A stretch of DNA of 64,000 nucleotides from Patescibacteria group bacterium (GTDB taxonomy: Bacteria > Patescibacteriota > Minisyncoccia > Phycocordibacterales > SIBU01): the NCBI GenBank assembly GCA_040390045.1, contig JAZJZC010000003.1, forward strand, positions 115 through 64,114, given 5' to 3'. Made by a program: the position numbers and the translations under genes. This document shows, in pieces, positions 1-9,014 of this stretch. A model generated the notes under the pieces. It did no database searches. It had not been told where the DNA came from and was given only the letters and a program-made list of their open reading frames with translations. The first letter of the stretch is position 1. Each line of letters opens with the position of its first letter.

Positions 1-19
1 TTTCGGGACGAAATCTAAA

Positions 20-123
20 ACCCCAGTAGTAGAATTCAATTTTTGATATTCCTCTTGATAATCGAGAGTAGTGCCAAGAGTTAAATTCTAACAAGTTGGG
101 GTCCCCGTGAATTCACTACGGGG
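20..123 (+). promoter_or_regulatory. Long imperfect stem-loop (20-102) plus small hairpin (103-123) in the pnp leader
   Basis: ACCCCA/TGGGGT, TAGAATT/AATTCTA, AATTTTTG/CAAGAGTT and CTCTTGA/TCGAGAG pair with G-U wobbles on the + strand; then CCCCGT...ACGGGG. Confidence 0.55.
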
Positions 124-147
124 CAAGTTTGTAGGTCTCTCAACGCA

Positions 148-2265
148 ATGAAGAAAAAAGAATACTCGATTGAAGTTGGTGGAAAAACGTTAACTGCTGA
201 ATTTAACGACCTTGCCGAACAGGCAAATGGATCGGTGATGTTGCGCTACGGCAACACAGTTATTCTTGCGACTGCCTGTATGTCGAAGAATGCAAAAGAG
301 GGAAGTGATTTTTTCCCACTGACGGTTGATTTTGAGGAACGATTTTACGCTGGAGGAAAAATTGCTGGAAGCCGATTTATGCGACGCGAAGGACGACCTT
401 CAGAAGAAGCGATTCTTTCGGGAAGAATTGTCGACCGAACTATCCGACCAATTTTTGACCAACACATTCGACATGAAGTACAAGTGGTGATTACGGTGCT
501 TTCAGTTGATCAAGATGATCCAGATGTTTTGGCGGTGCTCGGCGCGTCGCTTGCGTTAGGTGTTTCTAATATCCCTTGGAATGGACCAGTTTCGTCAATT
601 CGTATCGGTATGGAAAAAGGCAAAAATGAATTCTCAGTCAATCCTGTCTATGCAATTCGCGACGTAGAAAATTACGATGGCGATGTTGTCGCCTGTGGTA
701 AAGATGGCAACATCAACATGATTGAAGTTGGTGGCAAAGAAATCGGCGAGGAAATTTTGCTTTCCGCCCTCAAAAAAGCCTCTGATGAGATCGAAAAGCT
801 CCAGAAATTCCAAGAAAAAATAATTGCCGAAATTGGCAAACCCAAAAAAGAAATCTCCGCTCCAGAAATACCAAAAGAAATAACCGAACTCTTTGAAGCT
901 GAAATTACCAAAAAACTTCCCGAGTTTGTGATGAGTGGAAAACCCGGAAACGCCAGTATTTATGAATTGAAATCGACATGGATGACCCTGCTCAAAGAAA
1001 AATTACCTGAAGCTAAACTGAGTTTCGGTGATTTTATTTTCGAAGAAAAAGTAAATGAATTGATTCACACCGAGGCTGTTGAGAATAACCGCCGACCAGA
1101 TGCGCGAGGTATGGACGAGTTGCGACCGCTCTTTGCTCAAGCTGGGGGCGTTTCACCCATTCTTCACGGCTCAGGTATCTTTTACCGCGGAGGAACACAC
1201 ATTTTGTCAGCACTGACGCTCGGCGGCCCGGGAGATTCTTTAATAATAGAAGGTATGAATACGCAGGAAAAAAAGCGTTTCATGCACCATTACAATTTTC
1301 CACCGTTTTCTTCTGGCGAAACGGGACGCATTGGTTCCACTAATAGACGAATGATTGGTCACGGTGCTCTTGCGGAAAAAGCCCTGCTTCCAATTTTGCC
1401 TTCGAAAGAAACTTTTCCCTACACTATTCGCCTCGTGTCTGAGGCGCTAGCTTCAAACGGCTCGACTTCGATGGGTAGTGTTTGCGGTTCAACCCTGGCA
1501 CTCATGGACGGAGGCGTACCGATCACGGCAGCAGTGGCAGGAATTGCGTCGGGGTTAATGATGAAAAACGCGAAACAGTACAAAGTTCTCACTGACATCC
1601 AAGGACCAGAAGATCACCACGGCGATATGGATTTTAAAGTGGCAGGGACAAAGAAAGGTGTGACCGCGGTGCAAATGGATGTAAAAGTGGGAGGCATTCC
1701 ACTGCACATTCTTGAAGAAGCGTTTGAAAAAGCTAAACTCGCTCGATTTCAAATTCTTGAAACCATTGAAACTGAAATAAAAATTCCACGAGCGGACATT
1801 TCTCCGAATGCGCCAAAAATTTTGGTTCTCAAAATTAAACCTGACCAAATCGGTTTGGTTATTGGAACTGGAGGCAAGACGATTAACGAAATCAAGGAAA
1901 ACACGGGTGTTGATGGCATTGATATTGAAGACGATGGAACGGTCTTTATCACCGGCAAAAACGGCACGGCGGAAAATGCCAAGAAAATTATCGAGGACAT
2001 GACCCACGAGTACAAAAAAGGTGAGCGTTTCATGGGTACGGTTGTTAAAATTGCCGAATTCGGGGCCTTTGTGAAAATCGGCGGCGGAGCTGAAGGCTTG
2101 GTTCATGTTTCAGAAATCGCCACGTTCCGCATCGATCGAGTTGATTCCGTTCTCAAAGAAGGAGATGTGGTTCCGGTGGTTGTTAAAGAAATTGATGAAC
2201 GAGATCGCATTAAACTTTCGATTAAAGACGCGGATCCCAATTTCATCAAGCGCAAAGCTGCTTGA
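148..2265 (+). CDS. pnp: Polyribonucleotide nucleotidyltransferase (PNPase)
   Basis: FFPLTVDFEER, R-x-IGHGALAE, SNGSTSMGS and DMDFKVAGT motifs; C-terminal KH and S1 domains. Confidence 0.98.
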   Translation: MKKKEYSIEVGGKTLTAEFNDLAEQANGSVMLRYGNTVILATACMSKNAKEGSDFFPLTVDFEERFYAGGKIAGSRFMRREGRPSEEAILSGRIVDRTIRPIFDQHIRHEVQVVITVLSVDQDDPDVLAVLGASLALGVSNIPWNGPVSSIRIGMEKGKNEFSVNPVYAIRDVENYDGDVVACGKDGNINMIEVGGKEIGEEILLSALKKASDEIEKLQKFQEKIIAEIGKPKKEISAPEIPKEITELFEAEITKKLPEFVMSGKPGNASIYELKSTWMTLLKEKLPEAKLSFGDFIFEEKVNELIHTEAVENNRRPDARGMDELRPLFAQAGGVSPILHGSGIFYRGGTHILSALTLGGPGDSLIIEGMNTQEKKRFMHHYNFPPFSSGETGRIGSTNRRMIGHGALAEKALLPILPSKETFPYTIRLVSEALASNGSTSMGSVCGSTLALMDGGVPITAAVAGIASGLMMKNAKQYKVLTDIQGPEDHHGDMDFKVAGTKKGVTAVQMDVKVGGIPLHILEEAFEKAKLARFQILETIETEIKIPRADISPNAPKILVLKIKPDQIGLVIGTGGKTINEIKENTGVDGIDIEDDGTVFITGKNGTAENAKKIIEDMTHEYKKGERFMGTVVKIAEFGAFVKIGGGAEGLVHVSEIATFRIDRVDSVLKEGDVVPVVVKEIDERDRIKLSIKDADPNFIKRKAA

Positions 2266-2271
2266 TGAAAT

Positions 2272-2398
2272 AAATTCGAAGCACTAAATTCGAAATTCGA
2301 GAAAGAAGTCAATCGGGAAAGTAAAGTTCGGGCCGTTTAGGATTTTGAATTTAGTGCTTAAATATTGTTTCGGATTTCGATATTCGAATTTCGTATTT
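2272..2398 (+). repeat. Empty inverted heptamer-repeat element (AAATTCG family)
   Basis: AAGCACTAAATTCGAAATT pairs with GATTTTGAATTTAGTGCTT (two G-U); similar to 11212-11327. Confidence 0.75.
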
Positions 2399-2441
2399 AA
2401 TTTTGTTTGCCCAGACTCTCTAATTTTGCGACAATGTAGCC

Positions 2442-3341
2442 ATGCCTCCAACTAACGAATCTGAAAAAAACTCTGGACCGAAAGCTTTGAGAACATTCCA
2501 AGGTGATGTCGAGCAAATGATACAGGAAGGAAATGGTTCCTTGACGAAAATCGCCATCGCAGAAAGCAATAAAAGAAGCACGATGCCATACGTTGGCATG
2601 GAACCGGAGGCCCCGAAACATAACATTCTTCTCATAGTCGGAATTGTGGGATTGCTTCTTGTGAGCGTCGGCCTTCTCTCAAGTCTATACTTTTTCAAAT
2701 CGTCTGATAAACCGGTTACCGAAAACAACACCTATCGGCCGGTGCTTTTGGCGGATAGTCAAAAAAATCTAAATGTCACGGGTCTCTCGAGAGATCAGAT
2801 TATAAAAACCTTACTACAGGAAAGAGGCTCGGCCAGTTCAAATCTTTCAGCGATTGAATCCATCGTGATGACAGAAGATAAGACTGAAACGGCTCAACCA
2901 CTTCCTGTTGAACAATTTCTCAGTAAATTACAATCGCACGCTCCAAGCGAGCTTACGCGATCACTTGACTCAGACTACATGTTCGGGATTCACGTGTTAA
3001 ATAAAAAACAATTTTTTCTTGTATTGAAAACGAGCTACTATCAAAATGCGTACGCGGGGATGTTGTCGTGGGAAAAGAATCTCAAAGAAGATTTGGGTGC
3101 ATTTTTCATCTATCCTGACACAGCAAGTACGGCGACAACGAGTACCGCCCTGTTGCAAAAGGTTTCTGGATTCCAAGACGCAGTGGTTAAAAATCGGGAC
3201 GCGCGGGTGTTGCGAGGAGCAAACGGGGCAATCAACTTCCTGTACTCTTTTCCGGATAAAAACACCATTATTATCACCACTAATGCCGATACGCTTGAGC
3301 AGGTTACTTCAAGACTTTTGAAAAATAAGCTTGTTCAATAA
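2442..3341 (+). CDS. Hypothetical single-pass membrane protein
   Basis: 299-aa ORF with one hydrophobic helix (ILLIVGIVGLLLVSVGLLSSLYFF). Confidence 0.8.
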   Translation: MPPTNESEKNSGPKALRTFQGDVEQMIQEGNGSLTKIAIAESNKRSTMPYVGMEPEAPKHNILLIVGIVGLLLVSVGLLSSLYFFKSSDKPVTENNTYRPVLLADSQKNLNVTGLSRDQIIKTLLQERGSASSNLSAIESIVMTEDKTETAQPLPVEQFLSKLQSHAPSELTRSLDSDYMFGIHVLNKKQFFLVLKTSYYQNAYAGMLSWEKNLKEDLGAFFIYPDTASTATTSTALLQKVSGFQDAVVKNRDARVLRGANGAINFLYSFPDKNTIIITTNADTLEQVTSRLLKNKLVQ

Positions 3342-3350
3342 TAGTAAGGT

Positions 3351-3389
3351 GAAAATTGCCGCCGCGACTCCGTCGCGGCGGCAATTTTC
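3351..3389. terminator. Perfect GC-rich palindrome, probable terminator
   Basis: GAAAATTGCCGCCGCGAC-TCC-GTCGCGGCGGCAATTTTC, 10 nt after the stop codon. Confidence 0.7.
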
Positions 3390-3485
3390 TTAAGTGCCTC
3401 AATAGGATTGGTCGAAATATTGAAGCCGTTGAAGTGGGATTTCGTGACATTGACAGGTGATTTTGTGCTACAATTACTTTTCGGT

Positions 3486-4985
3486 ATGAAAACACTCGGC
3501 GACAATCACAGTGTTCAGAAGAGCGACAACCCATTTCAAAAAACTCGGGTACAAACGGCTGGCGTCTTTTTTCTGATGATTCTCGTTTCTAGCATTTTTC
3601 CAATCTCCACTTTTGCAGCAAATATTTCAAGTTCGCCCTGCCCATACGTTTGGAAGGAAAATTTAAAATTGGGAAGTTCCAACACTGACGTTCTAAAACT
3701 CCAGCAATTTCTAAATCGTAATCCAGAAACAGCCGTCGCGCTCACGGGCAGTGGCTCAGTCGGCAAAGAGGGGACATATTTCGGAGCGCTGACCAAACAA
3801 GCCGTCATAAAATTTCAAGAAAAATATTCAGCGGATATTTTGACACCCAACGGTCTCTCGAAAGGTACCGGCGCAGTAGCCGCGGCGACTCGCTCTAAAC
3901 TCAATGCACTTTGCACAGGACAAGTAGCGGGAGCTTTCACTTCTGTGGATTCTTCTAAGACGGCCACAACGATAGCTGTCGAAACAAATATTTTAACCGT
4001 CACTGCACCAGCTCAACCTGCTAACACCATCGCGCCAGCAAACGCCGGCGGTGTGCCATTTACCAATTTTACTCTGACCGCAGGCAGTGAAGACGTGACA
4101 GTCAATAACGTGACAGTAGAGCGCACAGGACCTGGCGAAGACGGTGTGTTCTATTCAATTGCACTCAATGATGCAGACGGCAATCAAATTGGAATGGCAA
4201 GAAGCTTGAATTCAAATCACAAAGTTGTCTTGGGCGACCCGTTTGTTGTTCCTGCTCACACCTCACAAACCTTTACCATAACGGGAAACATGGAAAGTGA
4301 CCTTACCAATTACGAAGGTCAGGCACCGATATTGCAAATTGATGCCATCAACACCTCGGTAAAAGTCGTAGGCTCTCTTCCAGTCAGGGGCACTAGTCAA
4401 AACGTAAACACTACGCTGGTCATTGGCACAGCCTACACCTCGCTATCTTCTTTTGATCCTACAGTGGCGACTACCCGCTACATCAATGATACCAATGTCC
4501 GCTTTTCTGGAATTCGGATCACGGCAGATTCACAAGAAGATCTCAGTCTCTCATCGATCGGTTGGGAAAATTCAGGTACCTCTGGAAGCAACGATGTCGA
4601 TCATGTCGTGACAGTCGTACATGAAACTTCGTACCCAACGGAAATAGATGGTAGGATGTTCACATCGGTTTTTGATCCGCCAATCGTTATTCCAAAAGGT
4701 CAGTCGCTCGAGCTCTACGTGCAAGGAAATATCAAACCAAGCGCGGTCAATCGGACTATTAAATTTGATATTCACACGACAGATGATATCGCTCTTTTGG
4801 GAAATAGTTTCGGTTTTTATGTTTCAATTCTTCCTGAAGGCAATACGGGTGCTTCAGGTAATTCTGTCTTTATCACTTCCGACGGCTCACCAGATGGAGA
4901 TAGCGGCTCGCCGTTTTTCAGCGCCTCTCCGGTGAGTGTAAGCGGGGGTACGTTTACGGGTGTAGGGAAGGCAACGTCAAATTAA
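3486..4985 (+). CDS. Secreted protein with peptidoglycan-binding domain and beta-rich C-terminus
   Basis: Signal-like segment, then LKLGSSNTDVLKLQQFLN...YFGALTKQAVIKFQ (PG_binding_1-like); ATG 3486 follows TG-C-TACAAT. Confidence 0.8.
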   Translation: MKTLGDNHSVQKSDNPFQKTRVQTAGVFFLMILVSSIFPISTFAANISSSPCPYVWKENLKLGSSNTDVLKLQQFLNRNPETAVALTGSGSVGKEGTYFGALTKQAVIKFQEKYSADILTPNGLSKGTGAVAAATRSKLNALCTGQVAGAFTSVDSSKTATTIAVETNILTVTAPAQPANTIAPANAGGVPFTNFTLTAGSEDVTVNNVTVERTGPGEDGVFYSIALNDADGNQIGMARSLNSNHKVVLGDPFVVPAHTSQTFTITGNMESDLTNYEGQAPILQIDAINTSVKVVGSLPVRGTSQNVNTTLVIGTAYTSLSSFDPTVATTRYINDTNVRFSGIRITADSQEDLSLSSIGWENSGTSGSNDVDHVVTVVHETSYPTEIDGRMFTSVFDPPIVIPKGQSLELYVQGNIKPSAVNRTIKFDIHTTDDIALLGNSFGFYVSILPEGNTGASGNSVFITSDGSPDGDSGSPFFSASPVSVSGGTFTGVGKATSN

Positions 4986-4991
4986 TTTTTT

Positions 4992-5342
4992 ATGGAAAAA
5001 CTCCAACTTTGGATTTATATTATTGGTGCGGTCATTGTTGCACTTTTTGCAAATTCAGCCAGTGCGATTTGGGCGAGCAAGGAAAATAAATTTTCACTAT
5101 GGCTTCTTCTTCTGATACTTATTTCTCCTTTTGTTTTTATAACTTTTGGTTTGGTTGTGTCAAAGGTAGGAGTAGCAATAAGCTCAGCTACAATTGACTC
5201 TCTTCTCACCGTGACAACAATTACAGTCGGACTCATTTTTTTTAATGAGTGGAGCAAAATTTCACCATATCAATACCTTGGAATAGGGCTCGTTCTTGTA
5301 GGCATCTTCCTGATGCAATTTCCTTTTAAAACCGGAGTCTGA
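4992..5342 (+). CDS. SMR/DMT-family small membrane transporter
   Basis: 116 aa, four TM helices, C-terminal G-x-x-FFNE...GIGLVLVGI pattern. Confidence 0.7.
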   Translation: MEKLQLWIYIIGAVIVALFANSASAIWASKENKFSLWLLLLILISPFVFITFGLVVSKVGVAISSATIDSLLTVTTITVGLIFFNEWSKISPYQYLGIGLVLVGIFLMQFPFKTGV

Positions 5343-5356
5343 AAACTAAAAAGTTT

Positions 5357-7213
5357 ATGACAGAGCAGTTACACGAGGTTTTAAAAAATAAAAAAACTCC
5401 CCCCTCTTTATCCAGAAAGTTTGTAAAATACGAGCCTCTTAATTTTGCAAGAATTGAACGCCAGTCTAAACGTTTGGCAGATTACATCGAGGATCATTTT
5501 GAGGATCTAGCTCAAATATTATTGGAGTATGAAAGTTATGAGGTCGTTGAGGATGAAACTTCGCGTGTACTAGATTTATTACGAAATCTGAAAGAGAATA
5601 AAAAATATTTTGTTTTGCGTGTTGGTGAAGTTGCCGCGTTTTTACCCAGAAATCAACCTTTATATGCTCTTATGTGCTTTGTTGTTGTACCCTCATTTAT
5701 GGCAAGTGCGGTACATTTTCGAATCCCTCACAGCATGCGGCATTTTTTCCCTAAACTGCTTAGGTTCCTTAATCTACAGGGATTATTTCCGAACATAATT
5801 GTTTCCGACAAACAGCGTTCAGACTTTTTACGTGAACGATCTGCTTTACGTGTAAATCCAAACACCAAAGAAAACATACCGGTTACTGATGTTGTAATTT
5901 TTACTGGCACACCTTCCCACGCAGATCAGTTACGATCAATTTTCGACAAGCGAACCTTGTTTATTTCAAATGGTGCAGGCCATAACCCCTTAATAGTTAC
6001 CGAAAGTGCTAATCTTTCGAAGGCGGTTGAGGCGGTTCTTGTCCTTCAACTTTACAATCAAGGACAAGACTGTGCTGCCCCCAACTCTATCCTTGTACAT
6101 AAAGATGTATTGGCTGCTTTTCTCAACATACTTCGAAACAGACTCCAGTCAGTAAAAGTTGGTAGATACAGTGATAGATCCTGTAGAATTGGACCGATAA
6201 GTGACCCGCAAGATTTAGTTAGAATAGAAAATTTTCTTATTGAGCAACGGGCGTGGATTGATAAGTCAACACCTGGAACCATTCGCTCCCGTGAAGCTAT
6301 TTTAGAACCTACCATTATTTGCAAGCCACTCAGAGAAGGGGGAAACTTCAATGAAATTTTTGCACCCGTAATTTTTGTACAAGAGTATGAGAGTGACCCT
6401 GAGCTGGCTTGTTATTTTGAAGATTCACAGTATGCGCAAAACGCAATGTATATTTCCGTGTATGGAAAAAGCGAGTATATAGAAAATTTAATTGGCCGTT
6501 CCATTGAAGGGAAAGTTCTTCATGATAAAAAGTCTGTTCTTCATAACACTCACTTACATGCACATGGACAAGAGCGGGGAACAAAACCGTACGGAGGATA
6601 TGGATCAGGTGCTTCAAGTCTTAGCATAAACGAACGAACTTTTTCCAAACCAACACTTCCACAAAGAGATATCTATGAATGGATTGTTAAACCATTTTTT
6701 AATGACAAGTCCTTTAAAGACAACAAATCTAGTTTGGGTCACTTTACTGAAGTGCATCAAAAAAATGTCGACAAATTACTAAGATTGAAAGTCTCAACAC
6801 CGACGCAAACTCAAAAAGCCACAACAGGTATAACGTACATAGATCTGGAGGCGTATAAGGTGAATACTAAAGATTTAAGATATGTTGAAGCTGATCCTGA
6901 AAAAATGTATTACTTGCTCGAAAAACCAAACTTAGAGTATATTGCGAAGCTAAACCTAAAGGATATTGACATGATACGAGCCTTGCGAACAAAACTTCTT
7001 AATAAATCCCTAACAACTTTCGAAAAATTCCACAACGAACTTTATGGACTATCGGTAGAACTAACCACTTCAACCACCAGTAATCGAATTTACCAACGCG
7101 TTTTTTTTCAACATGTTTACGAGCTTTTATTGGGTAAAAAATTTGGACCTCGACTCTCTCTGTTTCTCTGGCAGACAAACTCGAAAAAAATACTCGAGCT
7201 ACTTGATATTTAA
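5357..7213 (+). CDS. Aldehyde dehydrogenase-fold protein fused to a class I LysRS-like anticodon-binding domain
   Basis: LPRNQPL, FTGT, GAGHNP, NQGQDC (catalytic Cys), EIFAPV and PYGG motifs; C-terminal QRVFFQHVYELLLGKKFGPRL. Confidence 0.8.
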   Translation: MTEQLHEVLKNKKTPPSLSRKFVKYEPLNFARIERQSKRLADYIEDHFEDLAQILLEYESYEVVEDETSRVLDLLRNLKENKKYFVLRVGEVAAFLPRNQPLYALMCFVVVPSFMASAVHFRIPHSMRHFFPKLLRFLNLQGLFPNIIVSDKQRSDFLRERSALRVNPNTKENIPVTDVVIFTGTPSHADQLRSIFDKRTLFISNGAGHNPLIVTESANLSKAVEAVLVLQLYNQGQDCAAPNSILVHKDVLAAFLNILRNRLQSVKVGRYSDRSCRIGPISDPQDLVRIENFLIEQRAWIDKSTPGTIRSREAILEPTIICKPLREGGNFNEIFAPVIFVQEYESDPELACYFEDSQYAQNAMYISVYGKSEYIENLIGRSIEGKVLHDKKSVLHNTHLHAHGQERGTKPYGGYGSGASSLSINERTFSKPTLPQRDIYEWIVKPFFNDKSFKDNKSSLGHFTEVHQKNVDKLLRLKVSTPTQTQKATTGITYIDLEAYKVNTKDLRYVEADPEKMYYLLEKPNLEYIAKLNLKDIDMIRALRTKLLNKSLTTFEKFHNELYGLSVELTTSTTSNRIYQRVFFQHVYELLLGKKFGPRLSLFLWQTNSKKILELLDI

Positions 7214-7258
7214 CAAGATAACAATTTAGTGTAATAATCTGTAGGAGTATATAACCGC

Positions 7259-8767
7259 ATGTCTTTCAAGAAAACCAATATGCCGACTAAAAATAAAAAA
7301 CCAAGGAGATTGATCTGGATCACAAGCTTCCTCGCCCTTGCGACTGTGATGATTGCGATTTCAGCATCGTGGCTTCTATATCAGCATACAGTAACTCTTA
7401 TTACAGAAAATCTACGGGAACGTCTCTTAACGATATCTATTACAGAAGCTGCCAATATCGACGCAAAAGATATTGAAGCTCTTCGGGTAGAAGACGATTG
7501 GCAAAAACCAGAGTGGGCGCGTGTCGTTAGTAAAATGCAGAAGGCAAAATACAGCAACGAAAGTATTGTCTTCATGTACATATTTCGAAAAACAAAGGAC
7601 GACCCAAACAAGATGGAGTTCGTTGCAGATGCTGATTCTCTCAATCCTTTTGCAAATATGAGTGGTGACCCCTCAATATATGTTGATGTAAATAGAGACG
7701 GAAAGATTGAACCAGATGGTCCAGATAAACTTCAGTGGCCAGGACAGCCCTATCCTGAAGCCGCGGACATTCCAGAAACTGAGCAAGCCTATGGTGGGCC
7801 AATTACGGTAAAAGATTTGTATACTGACGAATATGGAACTGTCCTCACTGGTTATGCTCCGATTAAGGATGATAACGGAAATACTGTTGCGATTCTCGGC
7901 ACAGACATCAAGGCGGACGATTTTTTTGCTGTAACTGGGCAAACACTATATCCATTTTTGGCCTTTATTGCTTTTCTAGTTTCTATTATTCTAACTTTGG
8001 CAGTCGTCTTAATTTACATTTGGAGAAAGCAGGAGTTGGCATTGGAAATAGTAAACGACCGACTGAAAGAGTTGGATCAATTAAAATCAGAGTTTGTGTC
8101 TCTAGCAACACATCAAATAAGAGGTCCACTGGCTTCGATCAAGGGCTACGCCTCACTTATGATAGAGGGTGATTATGGTGAAGTTCCAGCGCAGCTCAAT
8201 GAACCAATCGATGTTATTTTTCGCTCGAGTCAATCCTTGGCTATTGTTGTTGATGACTTTTTGAATGTATCGAGAATTGAACAAGGAAAAATGAAATATG
8301 ATTTTACAACTTTTGACCTATGCGCCTTAGTCCAGGAGGTTTACACAGAAGCTAAACCCAATATTGAGAAAAAGGGCCTTTCAATTTCCAGCAAATGTTC
8401 ACCAGATACAGTCAATATTAATGGTGACCGCGGTAAACTTAAACAAGTTGTTGGAAATATTTTAGATAACTCAATCAAGTACACCCCGAAAGGCAGTATA
8501 AATTTATCTCTCACAGCCGATAAAGCTTCTGGGAAGGCAATCCTCACAATTAAAGATACTGGTGTTGGTATTCGCGCTACGACTATTCCTCATTTGTTCC
8601 AAAAATTTAGCAGAGCGGAGGATGCTTCGAAGGTAAATATTCTTGGAACTGGACTCGGGCTTTATGTGGCACGCGAGATGATAGAAGCGCATGGTGGGCG
8701 GATCTGGGTAGAATCTCCAGGCCTTGGGCAAGGTTCGACGTTTTTTGTGGAGTTTAGAATGGTTTGA
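7259..8767 (+). CDS. Sensor histidine kinase with extracellular (Cache-like) domain
   Basis: Two TM helices; H-box ATHQIRGPL, N-box NILDNSIKYT, DTGVGI, GTGLGL. Confidence 0.93.
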   Translation: MSFKKTNMPTKNKKPRRLIWITSFLALATVMIAISASWLLYQHTVTLITENLRERLLTISITEAANIDAKDIEALRVEDDWQKPEWARVVSKMQKAKYSNESIVFMYIFRKTKDDPNKMEFVADADSLNPFANMSGDPSIYVDVNRDGKIEPDGPDKLQWPGQPYPEAADIPETEQAYGGPITVKDLYTDEYGTVLTGYAPIKDDNGNTVAILGTDIKADDFFAVTGQTLYPFLAFIAFLVSIILTLAVVLIYIWRKQELALEIVNDRLKELDQLKSEFVSLATHQIRGPLASIKGYASLMIEGDYGEVPAQLNEPIDVIFRSSQSLAIVVDDFLNVSRIEQGKMKYDFTTFDLCALVQEVYTEAKPNIEKKGLSISSKCSPDTVNINGDRGKLKQVVGNILDNSIKYTPKGSINLSLTADKASGKAILTIKDTGVGIRATTIPHLFQKFSRAEDASKVNILGTGLGLYVAREMIEAHGGRIWVESPGLGQGSTFFVEFRMV

Positions 8768-8878
8768 TATAACCTTGCTGAATTTTACCTAGGGTAAATA
8801 TCAGAACTGTTACTACAATATAATCTGGATCAGACGGGATCGATATGTTACAATTGTTGTAGGTTAACAACAAAAACG

Positions 8879-9001
8879 ATGGGTCAAAAAAATCAGATGC
8901 TTCTTTTGATACTGGTAATTAGCCTTATTATTTCTGTATCAATCACTTTTTATCAAACTGTGGAACAGAGAAACTTTGAAGTTACTAATTTTGTGAAGTA
9001 A
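8879..9001 (+). CDS. 40-aa single-TM small protein (not in ORF track)
   Basis: MGQKNQMLLLILVISLIISVSITFYQTVEQRNFEVTNFVK; ends 13 nt before the next kinase. Confidence 0.6.
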   Translation: MGQKNQMLLLILVISLIISVSITFYQTVEQRNFEVTNFVK

Positions 9002-9014
9002 TTAAAATTCAGCG

